From Neocallimastix sp. 'constans' (taxonomy: Eukaryota), in the NCBI GenBank assembly GCA_050613775.1, contig JBODTK010000142.1:372001-436000 (forward strand): 64,000 bases of DNA, read 5' to 3'. Positions 39,961-52,492 of the stretch are shown in pieces. The notes beneath the pieces are model-generated. The model saw nothing but the letters and a program-made list of their open reading frames with translations. It was not told the DNA's origin and searched no databases. The position numbers were made by a program, and so were the translations under genes. Numbering within the stretch: position 1 is the first letter of the stretch; every line of letters begins with the position of its first letter.

Positions 39961-40865
39961 ATAAAAAAAAAAAAAAAAAAAAAATTTTAGATATTTAAAT
40001 TTTCTTTTTTTTTTTTTTTAAGGTTTGAGAAAGTTTTAAAAAAATGGAAAGATAAATGTTGAAAAGTAATTTGAAAATTTTTTGAAATTCGGAATTGAAG
40101 CGAAAATGAAATAATAAGAATAATCGTTATCGTACTTAATTTACAGAACTCAGAATCTAGAATTTATGAATTCTTTTTTTATTTAAAAGAAAATGAAGGA
40201 AGCGAAATGTTAAAAAAAAAAAAAATAAAAATAAAAATAAAAAAATTAAATTAAAAAAATATTTATTTATCTAATAATAATACAAAAAAGAAAAAATAAA
40301 TTTATAAAAAAAAAAAAATAAAATAAAATAAAATAAATAAATAAATAAATAATAAAAAATAAATAATAAATAATAAAAATATAAATAAATAATAAAAAAA
40401 AAAATAAAAAAATAAAAATTAAATATAATTTAATGTATATTAATAATAAATTTTATTATGAATATAAAATTTTTATTCTAATATTCAAAAAAAGATGCAC
40501 ATTTATTATTATTATCAATGATTATCATTATAATTATAGAAAAAACTATGTAATAAATATTTAATATTATTATTAATAATTATATTTGTAAATAAAGATT
40601 ATATTTAATACTAATATTATTTAAAATAATAGTTTATAAAATAATATTTATAGTTTTTATCAAATTTTTTTTTTCAATGAGTGTAATTTATCATAATTAT
40701 TATTTATTATAATAAAAATTATATATTTTGAATATCAACTATTTAATTATTTAATTATATTTATTATTATTTATTATTTATTATTTATTATTTATTATTT
40801 ATTATTTATTATTTATTATTTATTATTTATTATTTATTATTTATTATTATTATCATATATTATTA

Positions 40866-41563
40866 TTAAATTAAACCATTATATTCTTTTATAAAGCGAT
40901 CAACAAAGTCTCTCATATATTTATCTCTTTCAATTGCCATTTTTTTTCCATATTCAGTTTTCATCATATTTTTAAGATTGAATAATTTTTCTATTAATAC
41001 AAATAAATATATATACATATATTGAAAGATTTATTATTAATAAAAAATAAAATAAAATTAAAATTAAAATTAAAATTAAAAAGTAATATTATTATTACTA
41101 TTATTATTGTTATTTATCATTTATTATCATTTATTATTTCATATTACTTTTTCATATTAAATATTTATAATATAAATATATACCATAAAAATGATTTATA
41201 GCTGTTCCTTCATTAGCTTTTGATTGAGCAATATATTCTTTTTGAGTTATGTTTATTTTTGGTGGAATATCTGGATCATATAAAGGTCTTGATTTAGCTC
41301 CAGAATAAGCAAAGCATCTTGATATTCCTATATAAATAATAATAATAATAATAATATTGTTATAATGATTTACTATTACTAAGTTTATATGTATATATTT
41401 TTCATTTGATATATATATATGTATTTATATATACTATATTATTTTATTTTATTTATTTTATTTTTAACTCCATTACCAATCGCTCCCATGGCATCTAATT
41501 CTAATAATTTAAATATTAATTAATTAAATTAATAATAATTATAAATATTTTATGATTTTTAAT

Positions 41564-41601
<38 letters not shown>

Positions 41602-41628
41602 AAATATAATACATATATATATATATAT

Positions 41629-41664
<36 letters not shown>

Positions 41665-42849
41665 AAAATGTAAATAAAATAATATTTACTATCAGCATCT
41701 TGAACTATTGCAATTTCCATACTAGTTTCTCTTTCTTTTTCCGATTTTCCAATTTCCTTACGATAGGATATATTATTGATACCATTTAATATAATTTCAA
41801 CATCTTCTTCTTTAACTTTTTTTGATAACAAAAAATCATGTATTTCCTTTAATTTTTCATTATCACTTATATATACATATATTGTATGGTAAAAAAAAAA
41901 AAAAAAAAAAAAAAAAATTATTATTTATAAATGAAATATGAAATACATCATATTTATATTTATTAATAATTAAAATATTATTTTTATATATAAATATTTT
42001 TAGACTTTATATAATATTTATTTTTTCATAATTTATTAATATGATAAATATAAAAAATAATATTGCAATAATTATACAATTATTACAATATATAAATTGG
42101 TTAACTTACTTTTTACAATACTTTTATATAAATTTCAATTTCATATAATTCATATATATATTTGTTTTTAAAAAATAGCAATAAAAAAAAAAAATATTAT
42201 TTATATATTAATATAGATATACTCATTTCTTGTATGGAAGAAACTACTACTATGTTCATTTATAATTATTATGATAATAATCCTAAACGATTATTTTTGT
42301 AATTCATTAAATTAAATGATTTATAAAAACATTTACTTTAGAATCAATTGAATCATGAAGTAATGCAATAGCAATAACAATAAATTCATTTATGCTTTTT
42401 CCATTTTGTAATTCGTTTTTTGATATGGTGGTTGACAAATTTTTTACTCTAAATACATGTTGCCAATCCTAATTTAAAATAAATAATTATAATTCAAAAA
42501 AGCTTACTATAATAAAATTTCTATAAAGTAATATATATATATATACTACTTTTTCTTTTTTTTTTTATGACTTTTATTTATTTTATTAATATATAAGAAG
42601 AAATTTAAATTCTTTTTTTTTACATATATAAAAAAATAATAATAATAACAATAATTACATGTGATGAATCATTCTTATCTAAATCTTTTTTAACATATTC
42701 TAATAATAAAAATAGAAATAATATTTATCAATATGCTTATTATATTAACAATAATAATAATAATAATAAATTTTAGAAGATTTCCAATTTAAAATATCTT
42801 TTAATATACCTTCTATTTCTTTTATAATTTCATTATTATATTCATTCAT
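40866..42849 (-). CDS. HD-domain metal-dependent phosphohydrolase (YpgQ/YedJ-like), about 8 coding exons
   Basis: Spliced translation: MNEYNEIIKEIE / EYVKKDLDKNDSSH / DWQHVFRV...IALLHDSIDSK / YCK / NDNEKLK...IVQDAD / KLDAMGAI / GISRCFAYSG...AINHFY / EKLFNLKNMMKTEYGKKMAIERDKYMRDFVDRFIKEYNGLI*. The H...HD...D ligands are all present. Confidence 0.9.
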
Positions 42850-43789
42850 TTCTAAAATTTCTGATAATATAGGAAAAAAAATAAATTAATATTAAATTAT
42901 AATTGTTCTATTATTATTAAAATAAAAATAAAAAATAAAAAAAAAAGTATATATTCTTTCTTTTTTTTTTTTTTTTAATTATAACTTTTAATATTATTGC
43001 TTTACCTAATGGTAAAAATATATAGAGATGGTTGTGGACAATAAATTTTTTTTTTTTTTAATTATTAAATTTAATTATTTAACTATTTTATATTAATTTT
43101 TTTATTAAAAAAAAAAATTAATAAAATACATTTAATAAATAATATTTTAATATTTAATATTTAATATTTAATTAATCATCATTATTTAGAATTGTTGAAC
43201 GTCACACAAATTTTTCAATTAAAAAATTATATAATTAAAAAAAAAAAAATTTAAAAATTAAAAAAAAAAAAAAAAAAAAAAGTTATTCTAAAATAAAAAA
43301 TATATATATATATAAAAAAAAAAAAATTAATTTATATTAAAAAAAAAAGGTAAATATTTTATAAAACACACACATATATTATTTAATTCTAATAATAAAT
43401 ATATATATATATATATATATATAAAATAAAGTAATAAAATATTTTTTTTTATAATATTAATTTATATTAAATATTTCGAATACAAAAGATGAATTAATTC
43501 ATCATCTTTAAAATAAAAAAAAAAAAAAAGATCTATAATAAAAATAATTAAATGGTATAATATATATAAATATATATAAATGTATATAAAATTATAATTT
43601 TTTTTTTTTTTTAAATTTAGAGAAAACTATATTTATTTTATAATAATAAAATTACATGATTTAATTAAAAAAAAAAAAATAAAAAATAAAAAATAAAAAA
43701 TAAAATACATGAAATAAAATATTATAGATTATAATAATTATAAAAGTACGTTAGAAATTAATAGTTTTCTAACTTTTCCCATTCATTGA

Positions 43790-44485
43790 TGATAACACCA
43801 ATGTCCATTATTGCGAATAATAATTTCAGTATTACAGTTATCAACCGAATCTGTCTCCCGATTCTTTCACCGACCGGAAGGTGAAGATCCCATGCCTTAT
43901 CATTTCGACATCGACGCTCTTAGCAAACGGTAGATTCGATAGATTCAACGGAATACCATTTTCATTATCAAACTAAAAGATCGTACAAATGAATGGTATT
44001 AAACGTTTGTTTGAAAAACTTCGCAATCCCCACAAAATACGGAACAGTCAATGAAGTTGAACTTTGTTTACAAACTAATTGTCTTTATTCCCTCCATCAT
44101 TAAATTTAATTTTATATATATATATATATATTGAACACCCGCCAAGAAGAGTACTTAATATAAAATAATAAATAGTATTATCATAATCCCTTTTCTGAAT
44201 TTAAAGAAACATCCAAAGATTTTTTTGTTTTTTTTTTTTTTGTTTTGTTTTGTTTTTTTTTGTTCAATTATCATTGTAAACTTCAAAAAAGAGAGATTAT
44301 CTAGAAAAGATAAAGAATTCATTTCTATAATTTTCCAATTCTTTATACAGGCAAAGATCCAGTGAGAAAAGCTAGATACACTAACATTACTACATTTAGG
44401 AGAAATCTTCTGAGACTATTTTTTCTTTTAATGGAAATACTAATGTCAAATTTAATACCACACCTAATTCGAGATATACACGATA
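43790..44485 (-). mobile_element. Degenerate LINE 3' fragment, same family
   Basis: The minus strand gives SRIRCGIKFDISISIKEKIVSEDF...SFSHWIF, then TVPYFVGIAKFF and KSVDVEMIRH. It is homologous to 29020-29165 and 38200-38770. Confidence 0.8.
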
Positions 44486-45408
44486 AAATATAATATAATA
44501 AAATATAATATAATAATAATTTTTTTTTTTTTCTTTTTTTTTTTTTTTTTGGTTTTGTTTTATTTTACTTTTTAATTAATTTTTAACTTATAAAATAATT
44601 TTTTTTTATATATATTAATGTTAATAGATAATATTTAAATAAAAATAAATATTTAAGAAAAAAAAAAAAAAATGAATATGAATATTATAATGATATTTTA
44701 AAATAAAAAATTAAAATAAAATAAGAAAAGTGTATATATATTTAATATTATCTTTTAAAAATTTACTAGAGTATCACTATAAGAAAAAAAATTATTTTTT
44801 TAAATAAAAATTAATAAATAATTAATAAAAAAATTTCAAGATAAAAAAGAAAAAGAAAAAAGAAAAAAGAAAAAATGGTTTTAAATATTTTAAATTTGTA
44901 TTAATATATATTAATATAAACTTTCTATACTTAAATTATTTTAATACTATTTTTTTTTTTTTTCTGTTGTTTTGAACTGTTCTGTTTTTGTATCTTTTTT
45001 TTTTGTTTGTTTGTTTGTTTGTTTTTTGTTTTACATTCAATGTATATATATATATATATATTTATACAAATTTATTTATTATTCATTTTTTCCTTTTTTT
45101 CTTTTTTTTTTTTTTTTCTTTTTCTTTTATACTTTCATTTATTCCTTTATTTTTTATTCTCATATATTTTAATATATATGTATATATACATTTTTTTTTT
45201 TTCATTTATTTTTTTTTTTATAATTATTACTTTTTTATTGTTGATAATAACTCGATTTAAAAAAAAAAAAAGAAAGAAAAATAAAAATAAAAACTACTGT
45301 AACTGTATATATTTTAATTTAGCATTCTAGAATATGAGTTAAATAATGTATTTTTTGTTCCGTTTTGTTTTAAATTGTTTTTACTTTCAGCTTTATTTTT
45401 TTTTTTTT

Positions 45409-46682
45409 TTAAAAAGTACTCCAAGACCAATCACTTGGAACTGACATAAGAGTAGCTGGAGTTGTATCATTTCCTATAATATTAAATTAGAAGAAAAAAG
45501 TATTATTATAATAATAATTAAAAATAAATTTATACCATTAAAATATAATAAAAAAAAAAAATAAATAATAAAAATTAGTATATTTTTTTTTAAAGTTAAT
45601 ATTTAACATATAATAAATAACATACTAGTTGGTTGAGCCTTTATTATTGGTATATTAGCTGTAGTATTACTACTATGAAGAGTAGTTGGAGGAATATAAT
45701 TACTATATTCTATATTATATTGTAATAATTAAATTATTTTATTAATAATATTATAATTAATATTAATTATAATAAAAAAAAAAGGAGAGAGAGATTAATA
45801 TTAATAATATATATTAAATATTTATAAATAATATATATTATTATTAATAATTATATAATCAAAAAGAAAAGATTAAGTATTATATTAACATTTTATTCAT
45901 TCTTTATATATATATTTACCTCTGTTATATAAAGAACTTCCAGCTCTGCTCTTAAATCTATTGTCTGATTCTCTTATTGAAGATATAAATTCTTTTTGAT
46001 AGATATTATAACAAGATCTACAAACTCTTGATAAAACACCTTTATATATATAACATATAAGAATATGAATGATTATTAATAACCAAAGATTAATATTTCA
46101 AAAAATAAAATAAAATAAAATAAATAAAATAAAAATAAATTCACTATTCTAATATTATATGAAAATATAAAATAATGATACCTTTAGAATCAATTTTACA
46201 ATTTCTATCTAAACGGAATGTATAACTTGCACATTGATTACAGAAAATATCACCACATCTACGGCAATGATGTCTTCTGTTAATAAATGTAAAAGGTCTA
46301 TGACAAGCTGCACAAGCTTTAGCCTCTGAATCAGGCTATCATATAATAATAATATTTTTTTTAATAATTATATTATTTTTAACATAACATTAATTAAAAA
46401 GCTTTTCATCTTTAATATATAAATACTTTTTATTTCATTTTTAACATATATATGAACTTCTTAACTTTAAATATTTTTAATATGTGAATAAAATACCTTC
46501 CAATGACTTCTAGTTGGTGGACCTAAATCTTCAGGGGCATCTGAGAGTAATAATAAATTACCCTTTTGTGAATTGTTACTTTCCTTTCCATCTTCAGTAA
46601 TTTTATTTTGTGTTTGAATAAAGGAATAATCTATTATATCATTATTATGTTCATTTTTTCTTGAGAGTTTATCGAAAAACAT
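45409..46682 (-). CDS. PIB2: Pib2-like FYVE-domain protein (TORC1 regulator), 5 exons
   Basis: Exon 1 ends GPPTRSHWK and joins PDSEAKACAACHRPFTFINRRHHCRRCGDIFCNQC / GVLSRVCRSC, giving the WxxD, RRHHCR and RVC FYVE signatures. The last exon ends SVPSDWSWSTF*, matching the Pib2 tail motif. Confidence 0.85.
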
Positions 46683-46883
46683 TTTTTTTTTTTTTATTTA
46701 TTTATTGTCTATTTATTTTTACTTTAATTTTATATAAAATTACTATATGTATTTTTAATAGCTTTTTCTTTATCAGTATTCTTAAAATGATATATTATTT
46801 TTGATTTATATTATTTTTATTACTTTCTTATTTTTTTAATATTTAAATATATATAATCTTGGTTTAAAATAAAATATGAAATA

Positions 46884-46947
46884 TTAATTCTCTTTTGTTG
46901 AATAAAATATTATAGTATAAAAAAATTTTTTAACAAAAGAGAATTAA
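46884..46947. repeat. Perfect 16-bp inverted repeat upstream of the FYVE gene
   Basis: ttaattctcttttgtt (46884-46899) and aacaaaagagaattaa (46932-46947), with a 32-bp spacer. Confidence 0.7.
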
Positions 46948-48299
46948 GAAGATCGTATTAGATATATTCGATATGTAATATTTTTTAATATGATTAAATT
47001 CTATAATATTATTTTTTTTTTTTTTTTTTTTTTGAATTTTTATTATTTACTTCTAAAACTTTTCTTTAACTATTCTTTAAAAACTATATTGAATAAAAAT
47101 AAAAAATAAGATAAATATAAAAATTTAAAGAATTAAAGATAAAAAAAAATTTTTTTTTTTTTTTTTTTATTATTATTATTATTGTTATTAATAAATTTTT
47201 TTAATAATTATTTTAAACATTTAAACTAAATTTTAAAAACGATTATTATTATTATTATTAATTTATTTTCAATGTCTATTAAATAAATTTTTTTTTTTTA
47301 AATTTATGTAAAAATAATCTTAATTAATATACTTATCATTTATTTATTTTATTTATTTATTTACTTATTATTTTATTTATTATGTATATATTTATTTATT
47401 TATTTATTATTTATTTATTTATTCACTTTAAATAATTACTTTTTTGACTTTATTAAAATGGATTTTACTAGAATTAAAATAATATTAAAATTAAAATATT
47501 TAAGGGATATTTAATTATCACTAACCAATATAAATATTTATAGAATATATTAATAAATATTTATATGAAATCATGTAGTGCTTATTTATTTAATATATTG
47601 ATGTTTACTATTATATTAATTTAAATATTATTTCAAATAAAAATTTTTAATTTTATATTTATTTAAAAAAAAGTAATATTAATAATAAAATAATAATTAA
47701 AGTTTTTACTATATATAATCATTAATAAAAATAATAAATAATATATATGTAATCATATATTAATTTTTAAGGCATCATGTGATATATCCAATAGAATTGT
47801 ATCTATTGTTCACATAAATTTATTGGATAGATATAACTTTATATATAAATATATACATAATTTATGGATATTTTATATATATATTTTTATATATATAAAA
47901 CATTCATAAGTTAAGTATTGGCTGCCTTTCTTATTTCTTTTTTTGAATTTTTATTTTACAAAAAAAAAAAAAAAATTAAAAATAACACCACCAAACTTAA
48001 TTCTATATGCATTATTTAATTTTCAATGAAATAAAGAAAAATGAAAGAAAAGAAAAAATAAAATAGTTTCTGTTGAACTTAAAATTTATATATTTATTTT
48101 ATTTATATATGAAAAACAATAAATATTACAATTATGAAATTGGAAATTGAAATAAAAATAAAATATATAAGATTAGCTATAAAATCAATTTTAATTAATA
48201 TTTCACATATTCTTTTATAAAACTCAAATAATAATATATATAAATATATATAATTATTTTATAAACTTTAAAATATAAATCAATTTAGAAAATTTTAGA

Positions 48300-48336
<37 letters not shown>

Positions 48337-48912
48337 TATAGACTATCATATTTATAAATTGAAAAGATAAATATAATAAATTTCACATGGTTTCTTTTTA
48401 TTAATAAACATATTTATAAATAACAATAAAATAGCCATAAAAATGTTAAATATTAAATAAAAATAAAAATGTTATTTTTATATATATATAAAGAAATAAT
48501 AAGAATAATAATAATTTTACGGAATAAAAAAAAAATTAATATTAATTATTAATTATATATTAATTTTTTCATTTATTTATATTAAATCTAAAAAAATAAG
48601 ATTTATTTTATTAATATAGCTTTAATCTCTATTTTGCCCAATTAAATTGTAACAATACATAATAAATAAATAAATAAATAAATAAATAAATATTAACATG
48701 AAGATTTTGTATTTTTTTTCTTTTTTTCTTATTATTATTATACTCTATTAAGTAATGATAATAAAAAGTCTTTAATATAAATTTTTTTAAACGATGTATT
48801 AAACATCGCTTTCTAAAATTAAGAACAAAAAAAAAAAAAACATTTTGTTGAATTATATTACCAGATTATTCATTTCAAAAAAAAAATATATATATATATA
48901 TATAAAATAAAA

Positions 48913-48996
48913 AGATTTTATAAAACAAATTAATATTAATGAAAATATATAAATAATGCCTTTTTTTTTTTTTCTTTTGTCTCAGTAAATAATTTG

Positions 48997-49027
<31 letters not shown>

Positions 49028-49232
49028 ATATTCAATGACCTTGTAAAATAATATTAAAAATAAAATATTTATTTTTATAATAATACAAAGACTTTATAAA
49101 GCAAATTAATATAAATGAAAATATATAAATAATTATACCTTTTTTTTTTTTTTTCTTTTGTTTTATTAAATTAAAAAAAAAAAAAAAGTTTATATTTAAT
49201 GTTAAATTTAATGACCTTGTAAAGTAATATTT
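48913..49232. repeat. Diverged direct duplication (about 145 bp, 2 copies)
   Basis: caaattaatat.aatgaaaatatataaataat...aatgaccttgtaaa.taatatt occurs at about 48913-49055 and 49090-49232. Confidence 0.75.
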
Positions 49233-50116
49233 ATTTAATTAACATTCAAATTTTAAAAAATAATAAAATACTTACTTTTAAAATAATAACTAAATAACTA
49301 AATAATTTATAACTAAATAATAAATATATATATCTTTTTTTTTTTTTTTTCTTTTCTATTGAATTTTTTTATTTTTTTTTTTTTTTTTTTTTCAAATATA
49401 TATATTACTGATTCATATTTGTTTATATATATAGAATTATGAACATAAATTTTATAAAAAAAAAATAAATTTTTTTATTTTTTTTTTTTTTTTTTATTTT
49501 TTTTTTATTTTTTATTTTTTTTTTTTCTCTTATTATTTTTAGAAATATTATTAAATTAATTGCAATATTCATTTTACAATAAAAAATAAAATATAAAAAA
49601 ATTTTTTTTCTCTTTATATATATTTCCTTCTTATATATATATATATAAATACGTAAATTTGAAAAAAAAAAAAAAAAAAAAAAAAAATTTTTTTTCTTTT
49701 CTTTTCTTTCCTTTCCTTATCTCTCTCTTTTTTTTTTTTTTTTTTTACATCTTAATGAATTTAATGAATTAATAAAATATAATAATAATATATATATATA
49801 TGAGAAAGAGATAAAGAAAATAAAATATTTTTTATAAAAAAATATATATATATACTATTAATTTTGTAATGATATTATAATTATATTATAAAATGATTAA
49901 TGAAAAAAATAATAATAATAATAATAAAAAATAATTAAAATTAAAATAAATAAAATATTTAAATATATATAAATATATATACTAATAACTTTTTGTTATG
50001 ATTTATGATTTAACAATATGATAAAAAAAAAAAAAAATTGGAATATAAAATAATAAAAAAAATAATTTTTTTTTTTTTTTTTTTGGAAATGAATTTTAAT
50101 ACATCTAAAACTAAAA

Positions 50117-52412
50117 TTACACAGATGATTCTAATTCTATTTGTGAAGCATCAATTCCTAATGCATGAAGGAATAAATTAACATTAACTAATCCTTGTTC
50201 ATTATCAACATCTTTTATTGTTTCAAAAACTTTTTCTCTGTTATATATAATATACATAATTTAATTTTATAATAATAAATTAATAAATAAAATATAAAAT
50301 ATTAATTTATAAATCATATTTTATATTAAATTCTTTACCTGACTTCCATTACTAATGATTTTTGATATTCAATAGATTGAGCACTAATAGCAATTGCTGC
50401 TAAAAATTGCCATACACAAACATCATCTTGATCAGATCCATTTTCTGGGAATAAAGATACAAAGTTATTTCTTAAAAGATTGAATAAGTGATCATATAAA
50501 TCAGACCTATACATTTATATAGATAAATAGATATTTATTTTATTTAATTAGTTATTTAGCTATTTATTCATGCATTCATTTATTCATTTATTAACTTAAA
50601 AAAATAAAATAATATAATTTACCATTGTTGTAAATCATTTTGAATATTCGGAGAAATAACAGATTCACTACTAATATCTTGTCTTAAAATTTCCGCTCTA
50701 CTTAAGAAAACAGTTAAAATAGCTAAAGCAACTTTACATTTACCCATCCAAGTCATACTATAACATTTTAATAATATACCAAAACATCCATTAATAATAC
50801 ATAATGGCATTTCTGATAAGAAATTTACTAATGGTGGCACAACGCTATTTATAAATAAATCAACCTTATTAATAATAACAATAAAATATATATTATTATC
50901 AATTATTATAAAAAATATGAAAAAAAAAAAAAAAAAAAAAAAAGTATATATGTATATATATATGTAGTTATTTATTTACTTCAACTGGATCTGCATTTTC
51001 AGAACAAACATCTAACTTATTTAAACGAAGTAATAATAGGTTTAAAAACGCTAATGATTGTTCTTTTGAAAGGAAATGTAATACACGAGGTATAACCTTT
51101 TTACCTTTAGAATATGACAAGAACTGAACAAATGGATGTGGTTTACTATATTTTTATAATTTATTATTAATAAAAAATTTAAAAAAAAAAAAAAAAAAAT
51201 AGAATATATATACATATATTATATATTAATATCTAATTTAATTAAATTTGATTTAAAAAAATTTAAAATATTATATAATGTTAATCATAATATAAATAAT
51301 TACTCTAATGGTATTTCATCTTTAATTTTTAATTCATTCCATATTTTATTAATAAGTTCTTCTCTTTCATGTTTTCTATATTAATAATAATAAATTTATC
51401 TAATTAATAATAAATATTTATATTTTATACAATATTTATTATATAATCAATATTTACTCTTCTTCGGTTTCTTCTTCATTATCTAATTCATTATCTGAAT
51501 TTTGTTCCCTATTTAAATTCTTTTGTCTTTCCTTTTGTTCTAATTTTAATATATAAGTATAAACATTTTCTATTGATGCTAATGTTCTATAATGTGATAA
51601 ACGTGTAGTTTGTTGTGGTTGTGAAGTATTACTTAATGTTTTCTTTGACTTTTATTATTATTATTATTATATATTAAATAAATATTAATATTGTAATAAT
51701 AATTAATTAATATATTTTTCAAAATTTATTTAAATATTACAAATAAAAATGAATAACATATATTATCAATATTAATTATTATAAAAGTTGTACTTACTGC
51801 ATCTTTATCTTTATTAACTTGTAATAATTGCTTTGGATTACGAACAGAATTTAAAGCGATTTTTCCTAAAGCACCTTCCAATGAAACTAATATATGTACA
51901 TAAATTTAAAAAAATAAATTAAAACATAATATTTCCAATTTAATTTATATAAAAAAAAAAATTCAACATTAAATCATTAATATCAAATACTATTAAAATT
52001 TGTATTATTTAAACTTTCATAAAAATTCTAAAAAAATTAAATAAACTAAAAAAAAAAAAAAAAAAAAAGAAAAAACTCACATTGATTATTCTTGGGTTTT
52101 TGTTTTCTACCATCAATAAGATGTTGGACTTGTTGTTGCATTTGTGAAGATAAATTACCACCTTTTCCTTGTTTCATTAAATAAGTCTGTTGCCAATTAA
52201 GCTTAGATTCTCCTTGTTTATCATTATTTTTTTTCTCGGTAAACATTTGATAATAAAAATCATCTGAATATGGATCATCAGTAATTAATTGGGAAATTTG
52301 TATTCTTGCAATTAATTCTTTTTCTTTTCTAGTCATTAGGCCACTATATTCATCCTTTTTTCATTATTGTTATTATTGTTGTTGTGATTATTATTTATTT
52401 TATTTTATTTTA

Positions 52413-52452
<40 letters not shown>

Positions 52453-52455
52453 TCA

Positions 52456-52492
<37 letters not shown>

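Noticed and set aside
40866..42849. HD hydrolase as recent bacterial HGT
   Set aside because: It has at least seven introns and the family also occurs in eukaryotes, so there is no sign of recent transfer.
48790..48815. Helitron 3' end (cgatgt/acatcg hairpin followed by ctaa)
   Set aside because: A six-bp stem alone is too weak, and no Rep/helicase or 5' end is visible.
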